Shown piece by piece: positions 1-8,577 of a stretch of 55,024 bases of DNA. Position 1 is the first letter of the stretch; the number at the start of each line of letters is the position of its first letter. The DNA comes from a virus (taxonomy: Duplodnaviria > Caudoviricetes), in IMG/VR virus record IMGVR_UViG_3300031920_000406, positions 1-55,024 of that record. The stretch is one strand, 5' to 3'. Both the position numbers and the translations under genes were made by a program. Under the pieces are notes generated by a model. It ran no database searches and was not told where the DNA came from. It worked only from the letters and a program-made list of their open reading frames with translations.

Positions 1-117
1 GGTGTCGTCTCAGCCGCGCTGACAGGGTAGGGTGTCCTCTCAGCCGCGCTGACAGGGTAGGGTGTCGTCTCAGCCGCGCTGACAGGGTAGGGTGTCCTCT
101 CAGCCGCGCTGACAGTC
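1..117. repeat. 30-bp tandem repeat (GGTGTC[G/C]TCTCAGCCGCGCTGACAGGGTAG), about 3.9 copies, truncated by window start
   Basis: Direct read; period 30; internal palindrome TCAGC-cgc-GCTGA; no spacers. Confidence 0.95.
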
Positions 118-212
118 GTAGTACGTCAGCCCCCCGCCCCCCTCCTTTTCTCATTAGCTGACACCTCTATCCTCTCCCCCCTTTTCTTTGCAAAAAAACC
201 AAAAAAAATGAT

Positions 213-1487
213 TTACAATAGGGGATTGATTTTAAGGTATTGGTTTGGTTTAAAGTTACGGATGAGGTAATTGGATGCCATTTCTGTTTGTGAGATTTCT
301 CTTGTGATTGGCGATTCTAGGAGGGTTTTAATTCTTTCCAATCTACTTTGAACTTTGCGTTTAGTGAAATATTTTGTTAACAGGGTGGGGCATTCTTGGA
401 TTTGATTTTCGCCTGCTCTATCGCAGATTGTCATTTCGAGCGATTGCATGAGGGATGCTGATGTAGGAACTCCATATATTTTGATAGTTTTTCCGATATA
501 GAATTTCCAACCATTTTCACCGATGGCGGGTCTGAGATATTCCAGTTTAATTGGCATTAGTTCCATGGGTGTGAGAGAGGCGGGGGTAAAGTGGGTAAAG
601 TGTAGGAAGATTCCGAGTTTGGTATTGGATTCTTTATCGCATGATTTCAGGAGTTTGATCAGTTCTGCGAGGTCTTGCAGTATGGAGGTTTTGGTTTCCC
701 AGGGAAAGGCTATGATTACATAGAGTTTAATCGAATATTGTCCTGGTGGGGCATTATAGATTTGGGTAATTTTGTTTATGATATCTTGATTGGAGATGGG
801 TTTATTCACTTTTTTGCGTGTGTTTTCGGACAGGCCGTCGAGTCCTGAGATGATTCTTTTGTTAATATTCCGTTTCCACTGTATATCTTTGAGGAATGGT
901 TCGTTGAATGGGGCGGATCCGGTATATCCCAGGGACGAGAGAGCGGGGGTAGCGGTCCATCCGTATCTGCAGAAGGCGCATTTTTTATTACATCCCACGG
1001 CAGCTTCTGAGTAAGTGGGGTATTCTGGTGGTCTCACACGGTATTTTCTTTTTAGGTTCGGGTCGGCATTGGCGTACCACGTATAGGTGTTTTCTGATTG
1101 GTTTAATATTCCATTAATAATGCCTTCGCTTCGTCCGAAGGATGCGGCGTCGATAAGATGTTTAAACGGTCTAATATTCCAGCACGCGGGTCCTCCCGCG
1201 ATCGTTGGCACATTGGGTTTTTCGTGTAGGAATTTAATAAGGTTGAGGATATCGTGGAATCCCATCAGGGACACGAGGATAATGTCGCACATTTTTTTTG
1301 CATTTATATTAGCCTCTTCTGGATTGATTGGAATGATGCTGTTGTTTTCGTGAGCGTCGTTGATTTCTTTTGCTATGAAGTAGACGCCTTTGAAACCCGT
1401 GATAATTTCCCGCGGGTTATGTTTGACTTTTGAATCATTATATCGTTGTCTGATTTTTTGATTGAAGTGTAGGATCCCAATTCTCAT
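213..1487 (-). CDS. Radical SAM protein with N-terminal B12-binding-like region
   Basis: CxxxCxxC motif GCNKKCAFC; IAGGP motif upstream; overlaps the end of the PAPS reductase gene. Confidence 0.75.
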   Translation of the reverse strand: MRIGILHFNQKIRQRYNDSKVKHNPREIITGFKGVYFIAKEINDAHENNSIIPINPEEANINAKKMCDIILVSLMGFHDILNLIKFLHEKPNVPTIAGGPACWNIRPFKHLIDAASFGRSEGIINGILNQSENTYTWYANADPNLKRKYRVRPPEYPTYSEAAVGCNKKCAFCRYGWTATPALSSLGYTGSAPFNEPFLKDIQWKRNINKRIISGLDGLSENTRKKVNKPISNQDIINKITQIYNAPPGQYSIKLYVIIAFPWETKTSILQDLAELIKLLKSCDKESNTKLGIFLHFTHFTPASLTPMELMPIKLEYLRPAIGENGWKFYIGKTIKIYGVPTSASLMQSLEMTICDRAGENQIQECPTLLTKYFTKRKVQSRLERIKTLLESPITREISQTEMASNYLIRNFKPNQYLKINPLL

Positions 1488-2358
1488 TAATTCTTTCTCC
1501 TATAAATTTGAGTACTTTTCCGCATCCCAGTTTGTTATAGCAATAGTTGAATATTTTTGGGTGTTTTTTTAATAGCAGTGAATATTTTCGAATTACGTCT
1601 TGGAACGGTCCGAACATGCAGTACATGCAGCCGGTTGATGATAGGTTTCCATCCTCATAGATTGATGGTGGTTTGAGTTTTCTTTCTTTGATAAAATTCC
1701 AGCAATCTTCATCTGTCCAGATTGATATTGGGTTGCATATTGTTGTTTTCTTTCCCACATGGATGCACCCTCGTTGTAGATAATTATGTAGTCTTCTTTC
1801 GGAATCATCGGCTTTCAGCCCCAAGATTGGTTTCAATCCTGTTCGTTGTTCGAATATTCGTGCGGGTCCTTTTTTGAGGTGTTGGCAACACGAGTCGGAT
1901 ATTTTAAACGGGGCTTTTACAAGGAACTTCCATTTTTTGGACAGTGAGTATCTTCCTCTTTCTGTGTAATTGTAGAGAGCGGTTGCTGAGTGTGTTTTCC
2001 GAATACGTTCAATATACCCCGCCTGTTCTTTTGATACCACTGGATAGCCGTATTTTGCAATTACCTCTCTTACTGATATTCGGGCGTGTTGGATTTCGCA
2101 GTTTGGCGTATTTCGTATATTTTTCACGATTTCCGGCCATTCTAATCCCGTATGGAAGAATACTGCAGGCGTTTCTGGAAATAGTTCTCGTGCCAGTTCC
2201 AGTACCACCATTGAGTCTTTTCCTCCGGAGTAGGACACATACATTTCTCCGTGCGTAAGGTGGTGGAAATTTTGTAATTTCCCCTTCGCCATTTTCACTT
2301 TCAATCTTAGTGGAAGATTTCTCTTTATTAGAAACTCGGATCGAGTTAGGTGTGCCAT
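1438..2358 (-). CDS. PAPS reductase / DndC-like PP-loop protein (probable start MAHLTR at 2358; ORF open to 2592)
   Basis: SYSGGKDS PP-loop, SDSCC..LKK, PISIW, STGCMYC motifs typical of phage PAPS-reductase-family proteins. Confidence 0.85.
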   Translation of the reverse strand: MAHLTRSEFLIKRNLPLRLKVKMAKGKLQNFHHLTHGEMYVSYSGGKDSMVVLELARELFPETPAVFFHTGLEWPEIVKNIRNTPNCEIQHARISVREVIAKYGYPVVSKEQAGYIERIRKTHSATALYNYTERGRYSLSKKWKFLVKAPFKISDSCCQHLKKGPARIFEQRTGLKPILGLKADDSERRLHNYLQRGCIHVGKKTTICNPISIWTDEDCWNFIKERKLKPPSIYEDGNLSSTGCMYCMFGPFQDVIRKYSLLLKKHPKIFNYCYNKLGCGKVLKFIGERINENWDPTLQSKNQTTI

Positions 2359-2634
2359 ACAGCTCACAATATAGTTCTTGTCTTTTCTCTTCCCAAGATT
2401 TTTTTCCTTTTCCCTTTCTCTTTTTGCTATTAAGTGTGTTATCTTCCTCGTGGTTGAAACTGTTTCGCAGCTTCTGTCTTTTGTATTCCTTTTCTGGCCT
2501 TGCCACTCGTCCGGGGCTTGAGTTCCCGGACTCTCTTTTTTTATATGCTCTACCCTTTTTTGTTTCTTCATTTTTCTCATTTCTATGGACAATACTGTTT
2601 AATTTTCACACCTGAATAGTCCCTGTTTTAAAAC

Positions 2635-2663
2635 TTGACAGCCCCTTAATTTTGTGCTATATT
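2635..2663 (+). promoter_or_regulatory. Sigma70 promoter driving the Arc-like gene and the cassette array
   Basis: TTGACA (2635-2640), 17 bp spacer, TG-n-TATATT (2658-2663). Confidence 0.85.
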
Positions 2664-2704
2664 AGATAGTAACATCAAATTCATTCCAAACCGGAGTCAG
2701 TATA

Positions 2705-2953
2705 ATGTCTAGCTATCCCTTGTATATTTCTGATGATCTCAAAAATGTTATTGCTAAACTATCCCAAAAAAAACATCGGTCCATGAATGCACAGATACTA
2801 CATATTCTCGAAAATTGGGTAAATCAACAGACCCACGATCCGGAAACACACTCTGCGATTACCCCAAGTAACCCAGCTGCATCTGTACAAACTGATGCGG
2901 AGCGGGCTGCGGCTCTAAAAACACAGGGCGACTGGCCGGACAAAACCGCATGA
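2705..2953 (+). CDS. Arc-like ribbon-helix-helix DNA-binding protein
   Basis: YPLYISDDLKNVIAKLSQKKHRSMNAQILHILE matches the Arc family pattern (RSMNxxI); GGAG RBS. Confidence 0.8.
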   Translation: MSSYPLYISDDLKNVIAKLSQKKHRSMNAQILHILENWVNQQTHDPETHSAITPSNPAASVQTDAERAAALKTQGDWPDKTA

Positions 2954-2958
2954 GACCC

Positions 2959-2988
2959 GTTCATCATATATCTCTCGTTGTAAGAAAT
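2959..2988 (+). other. attI-like entry motif 1 (GTTCAtCATAT...GTTGTAAGAAAT)
   Basis: Non-hairpin motif shared with 4430 and 11952; precedes the first cassette. Confidence 0.45.
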
Positions 2989-3132
2989 AGGAGATTGCTT
3001 CCATGGTTGTAGGCTGTAAAATTCCTGAAGGTGTGCAGAAACGAGTAGCTGGCGTCTGTGGTAGCAGGTATAGCCTGGCATTGTCACGAGCACCAAAATC
3101 CATGCACCAGCCTGTTTTGGAGGCAATTTCCT

Positions 3133-3268
3133 ACATCTTCCAACAAAAAAAGGTTTACATTTTGGCAATGGCCATAAAGTGGATATATGGCCACTCCAAT
3201 GTTTATAACGGTAACAGCCCATTTTTGTGTGCCAAAACGTCAACCCTTTATCAAACGTTGTCGGAAAC
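3133..3268 (+). repeat. attC-like site
   Basis: ACATCTTCCAAC ... aaggtttacattttggca / tgccaaaacgtcaaccctt ... GTTGTCGGAAAC. Confidence 0.7.
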
Positions 3269-3294
3269 AAATTTCTTAAAAGTGGAGTTGTAGA

Positions 3295-3534
3295 ATGCCT
3301 GAAAAATTAAACAAATGTCCATTCTGTGGAGGAAGTGCCGGTACTGGGCACACCGGAGGTTTTGAAAACCAGCACTTGATTTATTGTTTTGATTGTGGCG
3401 TTACGATGTCTGGTGATAGTGTCTCTCACGTTGTAGCCCGGTGGAACTATCGGCCACAAATTAAGGAAACCGAATTCAAAACCGTTGGAAACAATTCCGT
3501 TCCCAAAATGATTATAGGAGATTGCTATGACTAA
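3295..3534 (+). CDS. Lar-family (restriction alleviation-like) zinc-binding protein
   Basis: LNKCPFCGG ... IYCFDCG ... VARWNYR. Confidence 0.7.
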   Translation: MPEKLNKCPFCGGSAGTGHTGGFENQHLIYCFDCGVTMSGDSVSHVVARWNYRPQIKETEFKTVGNNSVPKMIIGDCYD

Positions 3535-3850
3535 AATTGATTCTTGGATGCTTTTACACGAAAAGCTTACTGATATGATAGTGCGGGCTAGTGAAATGGC
3601 CCGCGCTGCTTGCCGTAACGGTGAGTTTTATTGGTTAGCACGATATGATTGTTTGCGAGAAGTAGTAATTGAACTTGAACCGATCGCACTATCAGACTCT
3701 AAGGTAGCTGACAACTCCATATCCCCCAAGAAAGAAAGGGATGTAATTTGCCCTCACTGGAACTTTACTACGCAATGTAATTTTTGTGTCGATTGGGTGT
3801 GTACTAAACAACCTTGTGTTTTGACCTGCAACCTACCACCTCTTTCGTGA
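3527..3850 (+). CDS. Hypothetical cassette protein; Cys-rich tail encoded within the attC-like hairpin
   Basis: AGGAG RBS; stop codon lies in the hairpin right arm. Confidence 0.65.
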   Translation: MTKIDSWMLLHEKLTDMIVRASEMARAACRNGEFYWLARYDCLREVVIELEPIALSDSKVADNSISPKKERDVICPHWNFTTQCNFCVDWVCTKQPCVLTCNLPPLS

Positions 3851-3864
3851 ACGTTGTAGGAAAT
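3719..3864 (+). repeat. attC-like site (degenerate left core)
   Basis: ATATCCCCCAAG gaaaggg ... cctctttc gtgaacGTTGTAGGAAAT. Confidence 0.55.
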
Positions 3865-3900
3865 GATTTATAAGTAAATTTAGATTATCACGAAGGTCAT

Positions 3901-4425
3901 ATGACAACAATTATGAGTAGAGCTGCGGCCAAGTCATGGTGGGGTGTTGATCTACCGCTCGGAGTGATTTCTCTTTCCCGGACTCACCCTCACACCGAAT
4001 GGATCGAATTCACAAAATCTGACCTTGTAAAACGTAAAATTAGAAAGCAGGAATCCAATCTTCTCTACCTGCGAAGAGGAAAAGCACAAATACCCTGTTT
4101 TGTTTGGATATTCTACAACAAATCAATTTTATTCGGCGGATGGCACATCTACGTCAAAACCGCATACAAGGATTACCCATTGAATTTTCGTCACGATGAA
4201 CATGAACTAATTGTACAAGCTATGGCGTTGTTCCCCTGTGGGTTTTTACCACTTATTTCTTTATCCGTAGCGTGGATGTCTTATTTTGTAAAGCAATATC
4301 CACATATTGGTTTTAAGCGCGGTTTGCGAGGTTGGAAACAAGGGCTTGCTCAATGCTGGTGTTTGATTGATGAAAATAAGAACCTCACTGATATTTATAG
4401 TATGCCGAAAACGAGATTTAGATGA
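3901..4425 (+). CDS. Hypothetical protein
   Basis: 174-aa ORF directly after a GTTG core. Confidence 0.65.
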   Translation: MTTIMSRAAAKSWWGVDLPLGVISLSRTHPHTEWIEFTKSDLVKRKIRKQESNLLYLRRGKAQIPCFVWIFYNKSILFGGWHIYVKTAYKDYPLNFRHDEHELIVQAMALFPCGFLPLISLSVAWMSYFVKQYPHIGFKRGLRGWKQGLAQCWCLIDENKNLTDIYSMPKTRFR

Positions 4426-4429
4426 AATA

Positions 4430-4457
4430 GTTCACCATATGCGTAGTTGTTAAACAT
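4430..4457 (+). other. attI-like entry motif 2 (GTTCACCATATgcgtaGTTGTTAAACAT)
   Basis: 17-bp AAATAGTTCACCATATG identical at 4425-4441 and 11947-11963. Confidence 0.5.
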
Positions 4458-4508
4458 ATTTTTGCCTTTTGAGTATTGTAGTTCGGGCACTAAGGGAAGG
4501 AAACCGTT

Positions 4509-4706
4509 ATGAAATATAAGTATAAGCATTGTAAGGATTGTTATTATCGTTCTAATCAACTATTTAAGAGAAAATTGGTTTGTAAAGATTGCACAAGCAA
4601 TGATACGTTTTCAAAGGATTCTAATTATTCATATAAAAATTATGAATATGTAGGCACTTATGACGAGGCCGTGAAACTTGCTGCCAAATTTCCTCATCCT
4701 CGTTAA
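4509..4706 (+). CDS. Small Cys-motif cassette protein
   Basis: Two CKDC motifs; RBS; flanked by inverted repeats. Confidence 0.7.
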   Translation: MKYKYKHCKDCYYRSNQLFKRKLVCKDCTSNDTFSKDSNYSYKNYEYVGTYDEAVKLAAKFPHPR

Positions 4707-4741
4707 TCCGTGCCCGAAAGAATAATATTGATGGCAAAAAT

Positions 4742-4812
4742 ACGTCTAACAACACGCAAAGGCAAAAATTGATGGAGCCAACTTCTGCCATTTGCGGAAC
4801 GTTGTCGGAAAT
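4742..4812 (+). repeat. attC-like site
   Basis: ACGTCTAACAAC cgcaaaggcaaaaattg / caacttctgccatttgcg gaacGTTGTCGGAAAT; near-identical copy at 12601. Confidence 0.85.
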
Positions 4813-4846
4813 ATCGTCTGAACCATATTATAAAAGGAGTTTCTAA

Positions 4847-5071
4847 ATGTTTGACGTAATAATTCAATATACCGAACAGGTTTCTGAAGATGCATGGTCG
4901 GTGCGGTATCGTACTCTTAAATTTGACATTCCTGGCCTAAAGGAAGAATTGGAGCGTCATAAAATCAGTTCGCACGTTGTTGATGTCCAGGAGGTCGAAA
5001 CTTCTTTAAAAGCGGAATCAGCCGATACATCCGACAACACGCCAAAGGTTTCAATCGATAAAGCTGACTAA
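4847..5071 (+). CDS. Hypothetical cassette protein
   Basis: AAGGAG RBS; ends inside an attC-like site. Confidence 0.7.
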   Translation: MFDVIIQYTEQVSEDAWSVRYRTLKFDIPGLKEELERHKISSHVVDVQEVETSLKAESADTSDNTPKVSIDKAD

Positions 5072-5098
5072 AACCATTTGCGGAACGTTGTACGAAAT
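5027..5098 (+). repeat. attC-like site
   Basis: ACATCCGACAAC ... aaccatttgcggaacGTTGTACGAAAT; related to the 6606 site. Confidence 0.85.
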
Positions 5099-5145
5099 AC
5101 ACCGCGCTGAGCATTGTGGTTCGGCGCACTAACATTGGAGGTGTC

Positions 5146-5340
5146 ATGCAAAACTTGATTTTACTACAAGATGTGGATTACTTCGGGCGTACAATTCGCC
5201 GTGGTGCCACGTTTAAAAAAGTTGATTCGGACTGGTATGTGCTATGGGAGAATAACAAAGGCATTGTGCACCACTGTCCTACTGTTAAGTTGCATTTCAC
5301 ATCAGTCTCGGAAGGTTACTTTGTCAAACAGTATGCTTAA
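5146..5340 (+). CDS. Hypothetical cassette protein
   Basis: GGAGG RBS then ATG at 5146. Confidence 0.7.
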   Translation: MQNLILLQDVDYFGRTIRRGATFKKVDSDWYVLWENNKGIVHHCPTVKLHFTSVSEGYFVKQYA

Positions 5341-5380
5341 AAAGCCGTGCGCCGAAAGTAAAAAAGCGGATGCGCGGTTT

Positions 5381-5467
5381 AAATCGTGCAACACCCGTAT
5401 GTTTCCATTTGGCGAAGTAGATATGCGGTTGTACCAAACAGCAACATACTTTCCCGTTGTAAGAAAT
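5381..5467 (+). repeat. attC-like site
   Basis: AAATCGTGCAAC gtatgtt / aacatac ... GTTGTAAGAAAT. Confidence 0.7.
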
Positions 5468-5530
5468 AATTTAGCCTTTTTTGATTGTAAAATAAAAACA
5501 CTAAACATTAACTTTTAAAGTGAGGTAAAC

Positions 5531-5779
5531 ATGGCTTGCAAAGATGATAATGCTAAAACTGATATTAAATTTCGTAGCTATAATGTGGGTGATACAATAA
5601 GAATGCCCAATTATCCAACTGCTACTGGCTTCCGTGTCTGGAAAATTGTGGCTGAAAAGTTGGGCGGCGAAGGCCAAGAGAGCACATATGAACTAAACCC
5701 TTTGGATGTTTTGGAAAATCATAAAATTGAAATTCCGACAATAATACTTGAATCGCATTCAGTAATTGAGAGAATCTAA
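5531..5779 (+). CDS. Hypothetical cassette protein (small beta-barrel-like)
   Basis: GAGGT RBS; flanking inverted repeats. Confidence 0.7.
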   Translation: MACKDDNAKTDIKFRSYNVGDTIRMPNYPTATGFRVWKIVAEKLGGEGQESTYELNPLDVLENHKIEIPTIILESHSVIERI

Positions 5780-5819
5780 TTAACCCGTGTTTTTAAAGAA
5801 CATTAGGGAAGGCTAAATT

Positions 5820-5894
5820 ACATCTTACAACAGGTGCCGGAGTGCCATTTTTTAGGAACAAAACAGCATCCTTGCACCGGACGTTGGAGGAAAT
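5820..5894 (+). repeat. attC-like site
   Basis: ACATCTTACAAC ggtgc / gcacc ggacGTTGGAGGAAAT. Confidence 0.75.
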
Positions 5895-5930
5895 TCCATT
5901 TTGAAAACGATTATTATAAGGAGGCATTGA

Positions 5931-6245
5931 ATGTTAATAGAAGAATATCTGCAAATGCGTATACAGTCAGCAGAATCAATTCTTGCTGGTGAAAAGTTGG
6001 CAGGTAATATTGCGAAGGAAATGGCAGAGAAGGCAGCAATTGCAGAATTGCGGGGGGTCGAGGCTTTTCTAAACAATGCCTCCAAAAACTCTAATGTAGC
6101 TCAAAACTCCACATCCTCCAACATATCAAGGGATGTCATTTTTGCTGCTGCTAATAAGTGGGCTAAAGGTAATCCAAACTGTTTCGGTATAAATGGTTTC
6201 CAGGCTGGTGTCGAGTGGGCGCAAAAACAGACACCCGTTGATTAA
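5931..6245 (+). CDS. Hypothetical cassette protein reading through an attC-like site
   Basis: AGGAGG RBS; C-terminal FQAGVEWA phage-type motif. Confidence 0.7.
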   Translation: MLIEEYLQMRIQSAESILAGEKLAGNIAKEMAEKAAIAELRGVEAFLNNASKNSNVAQNSTSSNISRDVIFAAANKWAKGNPNCFGINGFQAGVEWAQKQTPVD

Positions 6246-6259
6246 CCGTTGTCGGAAAT
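6111..6259 (+). repeat. attC-like site
   Basis: ACATCCTCCAAC atcaagggatgtcatttttgc / gcaaaaacagacacccgttgat taaccGTTGTCGGAAAT. Confidence 0.8.
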
Positions 6260-6313
6260 AGAATTTTAAAAAGCATATTATAATATTTTTCACTTAACAT
6301 AAGGAGATTAGTT

Positions 6314-6574
6314 ATGGCAAAAGTACATACGTTTGAATTCGAGCTTGGAGTAGAGTGTTACTCGAAAATTTCTGGTTTTAAAGGAATAATTACATCTCGT
6401 TCCCAACACCTCAACGGTTGTGACAGGTACTGGATAGAACCAAGAGTTGATAAGGAAGGAAAGAAGCCCGATGGTCTATGGTTTGATGACGGCGAACTTA
6501 TTGTTAAAGAGGCTACTAAAAGATTTAAACGGACAAACAATGATAATGGTGGATTTCCGTCACGTATCAAGTAG
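6314..6574 (+). CDS. Conserved-looking phage hypothetical protein (SH3-like)
   Basis: ISGFKGIITSRSQHLNGCDRYWIEP...WFD pattern; AAGGAG RBS. Confidence 0.75.
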   Translation: MAKVHTFEFELGVECYSKISGFKGIITSRSQHLNGCDRYWIEPRVDKEGKKPDGLWFDDGELIVKEATKRFKRTNNDNGGFPSRIK

Positions 6575-6605
6575 CCGTGAAAAATAAATTAAGGAAGAAA
6601 ATTTT

Positions 6606-6676
6606 ACATCCAGCAACACAGAAAGGTTTCAACCGGTAAGGCTGGCAAAAACCGTTTCTGGAACGTTGGAGCGCCA
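6606..6676 (+). repeat. attC-like site
   Basis: ACATCCAGCAAC cagaaaggttt / aaaccgtttctg gaacGTTGGAGCG. Confidence 0.8.
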
Positions 6677-6719
6677 TTTTAAAAATTTTTGAATTGTAGT
6701 TTAACTCACTGGAGGGATT

Positions 6720-6923
6720 GTGGCATCTTGTGAAAAGTGTTGGGAAGATGCTGGAGGTAATCCAGATAAATATAGCAGATTGATAAAATTGCGCGCTGAC
6801 AATCCATGTTCCCCAGAAGACCAAGCTGGCGAAGGTGCTGAAAAATGTCCTACATGCGGCAAATTTGCAATACATATTTATTGCCATGAATGTATGGCGT
6901 GTCATTATAAACTCGTTCGTTAA
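6720..6923 (+). CDS. Small zinc-finger protein
   Basis: CEKC, CPTC, CHEC motifs; GGAGG RBS. Confidence 0.7.
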   Translation: MASCEKCWEDAGGNPDKYSRLIKLRADNPCSPEDQAGEGAEKCPTCGKFAIHIYCHECMACHYKLVR

Positions 6924-6975
6924 AGCAACTGGTTGTCAGTTGCTTTACATCTTACAACACAAAAAGGAGTTTACG

Positions 6976-7146
6976 ATGTCAACTTATGATCCGGTAGAAA
7001 TGTTTGATTGTCATTTGAGACGTATTGCTCGATCATTAGAGAGTTTAATTTCCTTATTAGCGAAATCAGCAGAGAAATCCGACAACAACCAACCAGCAAA
7101 ATCATGCAGAACGTGTAAACATACCTTAAGGTGGTCGGTTTTTTAG
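6976..7146 (+). CDS. Hypothetical protein
   Basis: AAGGAG RBS; contains left-core-like AAATCCGACAAC at 7075-7086. Confidence 0.55.
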   Translation: MSTYDPVEMFDCHLRRIARSLESLISLLAKSAEKSDNNQPAKSCRTCKHTLRWSVF

Positions 7147-7198
7147 GGACTGGCTCAAAAACAAAAACCATTTGTAAATCTTTTAAATTGGAGGGCGC

Positions 7199-7420
7199 TT
7201 GAGAAATTTAACACCGGTTGACTCTTTTGACATCATACAATGTTGTCGGAGAATATGCAATCCTGAAGTTGCTTATAACGAGAACCAATTGACAATGGCT
7301 CACGAGGCAATGACGGTAATGCAAGATGAAGCCGCAAGCATTCGTCAAATTATAGGCCGCGCCGAACAAGTTATTACCGTCGATGAATTGCAAAATGGAG
7401 CAAAAAAAAATTGTGAATAA
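7199..7420 (+). CDS. Hypothetical protein
   Basis: GGAGG RBS, TTG start. Confidence 0.55.
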   Translation: MRNLTPVDSFDIIQCCRRICNPEVAYNENQLTMAHEAMTVMQDEAASIRQIIGRAEQVITVDELQNGAKKNCE

Positions 7421-7635
7421 CGTCGTACAATCATCGGTACCGTGTCCGTCGTGCGGTTCCTGGTATCGAAGCAGAAACACCTGTAAGTGCGGCACTCAGG
7501 TTGCAGAACCGCAACCAAAAGAGCGCGTGATCAGGCAACCAGGGACTGGCAAATTAGGTAAAATGTGGAATAAAAATCTACACCGATACTTGACAGAAAA
7601 AGAAATCAAGTCAGGTATGAAAGGCGGGTAAAAAT

Positions 7636-7902
7636 ATGGGAATGAAGAAAATTTATAGCTGTAATATCTGCCGGGATGAAATTGAGAATCCAACACTTAT
7701 GTATGGTGTGCACTTTTCTAATTTAACTCAGTTCACTTTAGGCGGTTATGCTTGCACCGAGGGTGTGCATATTTGTTTTAGGTGTGCAATTCAACTTAAA
7801 AAACACCTTAATTGCGAAGCGCTAAGCAAAGAGCTTGCGCAGCAGCAAAATATTGAATCGAGCGAACAGCAGGCAACAAATAAGAGGTTTCCTAATGGCT
7901 GA
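7636..7902 (+). CDS. Small zinc-finger protein
   Basis: YSCNIC ... HICFRC. Confidence 0.65.
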   Translation: MGMKKIYSCNICRDEIENPTLMYGVHFSNLTQFTLGGYACTEGVHICFRCAIQLKKHLNCEALSKELAQQQNIESSEQQATNKRFPNG

Positions 7903-8101
7903 ATATCATGAGGATGGTTGTGTGATGGACGTTGAAATTTTAGCTGATCATAGCGATAGTGAATACGAACGGTACACCTTGAAGGTTATAAACATTAAAC
8001 AAAAAAGCCTAATTTTCAAGTCGCCTAAGATTGGCACTGCTTTTGATTGCTCTAAAAAAATAGGTGTGAGTTGTTATTGTTTGTGGAGGCTAATAAAATG
8101 A
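7895..8101 (+). CDS. Hypothetical protein
   Basis: GAGG RBS; overlaps neighbouring ORFs in operon fashion. Confidence 0.55.
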   Translation: MAEYHEDGCVMDVEILADHSDSEYERYTLKVINIKQKSLIFKSPKIGTAFDCSKKIGVSCYCLWRLIK

Positions 8102-8274
8102 GGAATTTATTTACAATCGCAATTATATGTATAGCAATCGTTGTTCCCTTATTATTAGGTTTGATTGTTGCTAGAAGTACAGGTGATAGAGACTTTTTTT
8201 TATTGGGGATTGCGGTCTCGTATGTGTTTACATTTGGGACAATAATATTACTAACCAATTCGACAAAGAAATAA
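8098..8274 (+). CDS. Small two-TM membrane protein
   Basis: Two hydrophobic segments; GGAGG RBS. Confidence 0.55.
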   Translation: MRNLFTIAIICIAIVVPLLLGLIVARSTGDRDFFLLGIAVSYVFTFGTIILLTNSTKK

Positions 8275-8349
8275 ATTAAGTTGAAAGGATATGATATTGG
8301 TTGCGATGCGTAGGCGGCATCCGAACGACCAGCAGAAAGGGAAAAAGAA

Positions 8350-8577
8350 ATGAAAGAAATGGCAGAAATGGCAGAAATATTATATAAATTAAAATTGGGG
8401 GAGGTCTTTTGCCCTAATAGCAATTCATCATGGCAAAGAGTTCCTGGTGGCTGGACGTATGGAAACCTGCATGGGACATGCTTTGTTCCATTCAACAACG
8501 AATTTCAAAACGCTCCAGAAATCACGGTCAACAAGAAAAGGACTGCCTGCTCTATTTGCAAAAAGGATATGAAATGA
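8350..8577 (+). CDS. Hypothetical protein
   Basis: RVPGGW..Y...FVPF phage-type motif. Confidence 0.6.
   Translation: MKEMAEMAEILYKLKLGEVFCPNSNSSWQRVPGGWTYGNLHGTCFVPFNNEFQNAPEITVNKKRTACSICKKDMK

Noticed and set aside
3003-3293. ORF in the first cassette
   Set aside because: Crosses the whole attC-like site into the next cassette and has no recognisable motif; the cassette may be non-coding
4108-4119. ATATTCTACAAC as the partner core of GTTGTAGGA at 3853
   Set aside because: Lies mid-gene with no following hairpin or right core; may be chance or a relic
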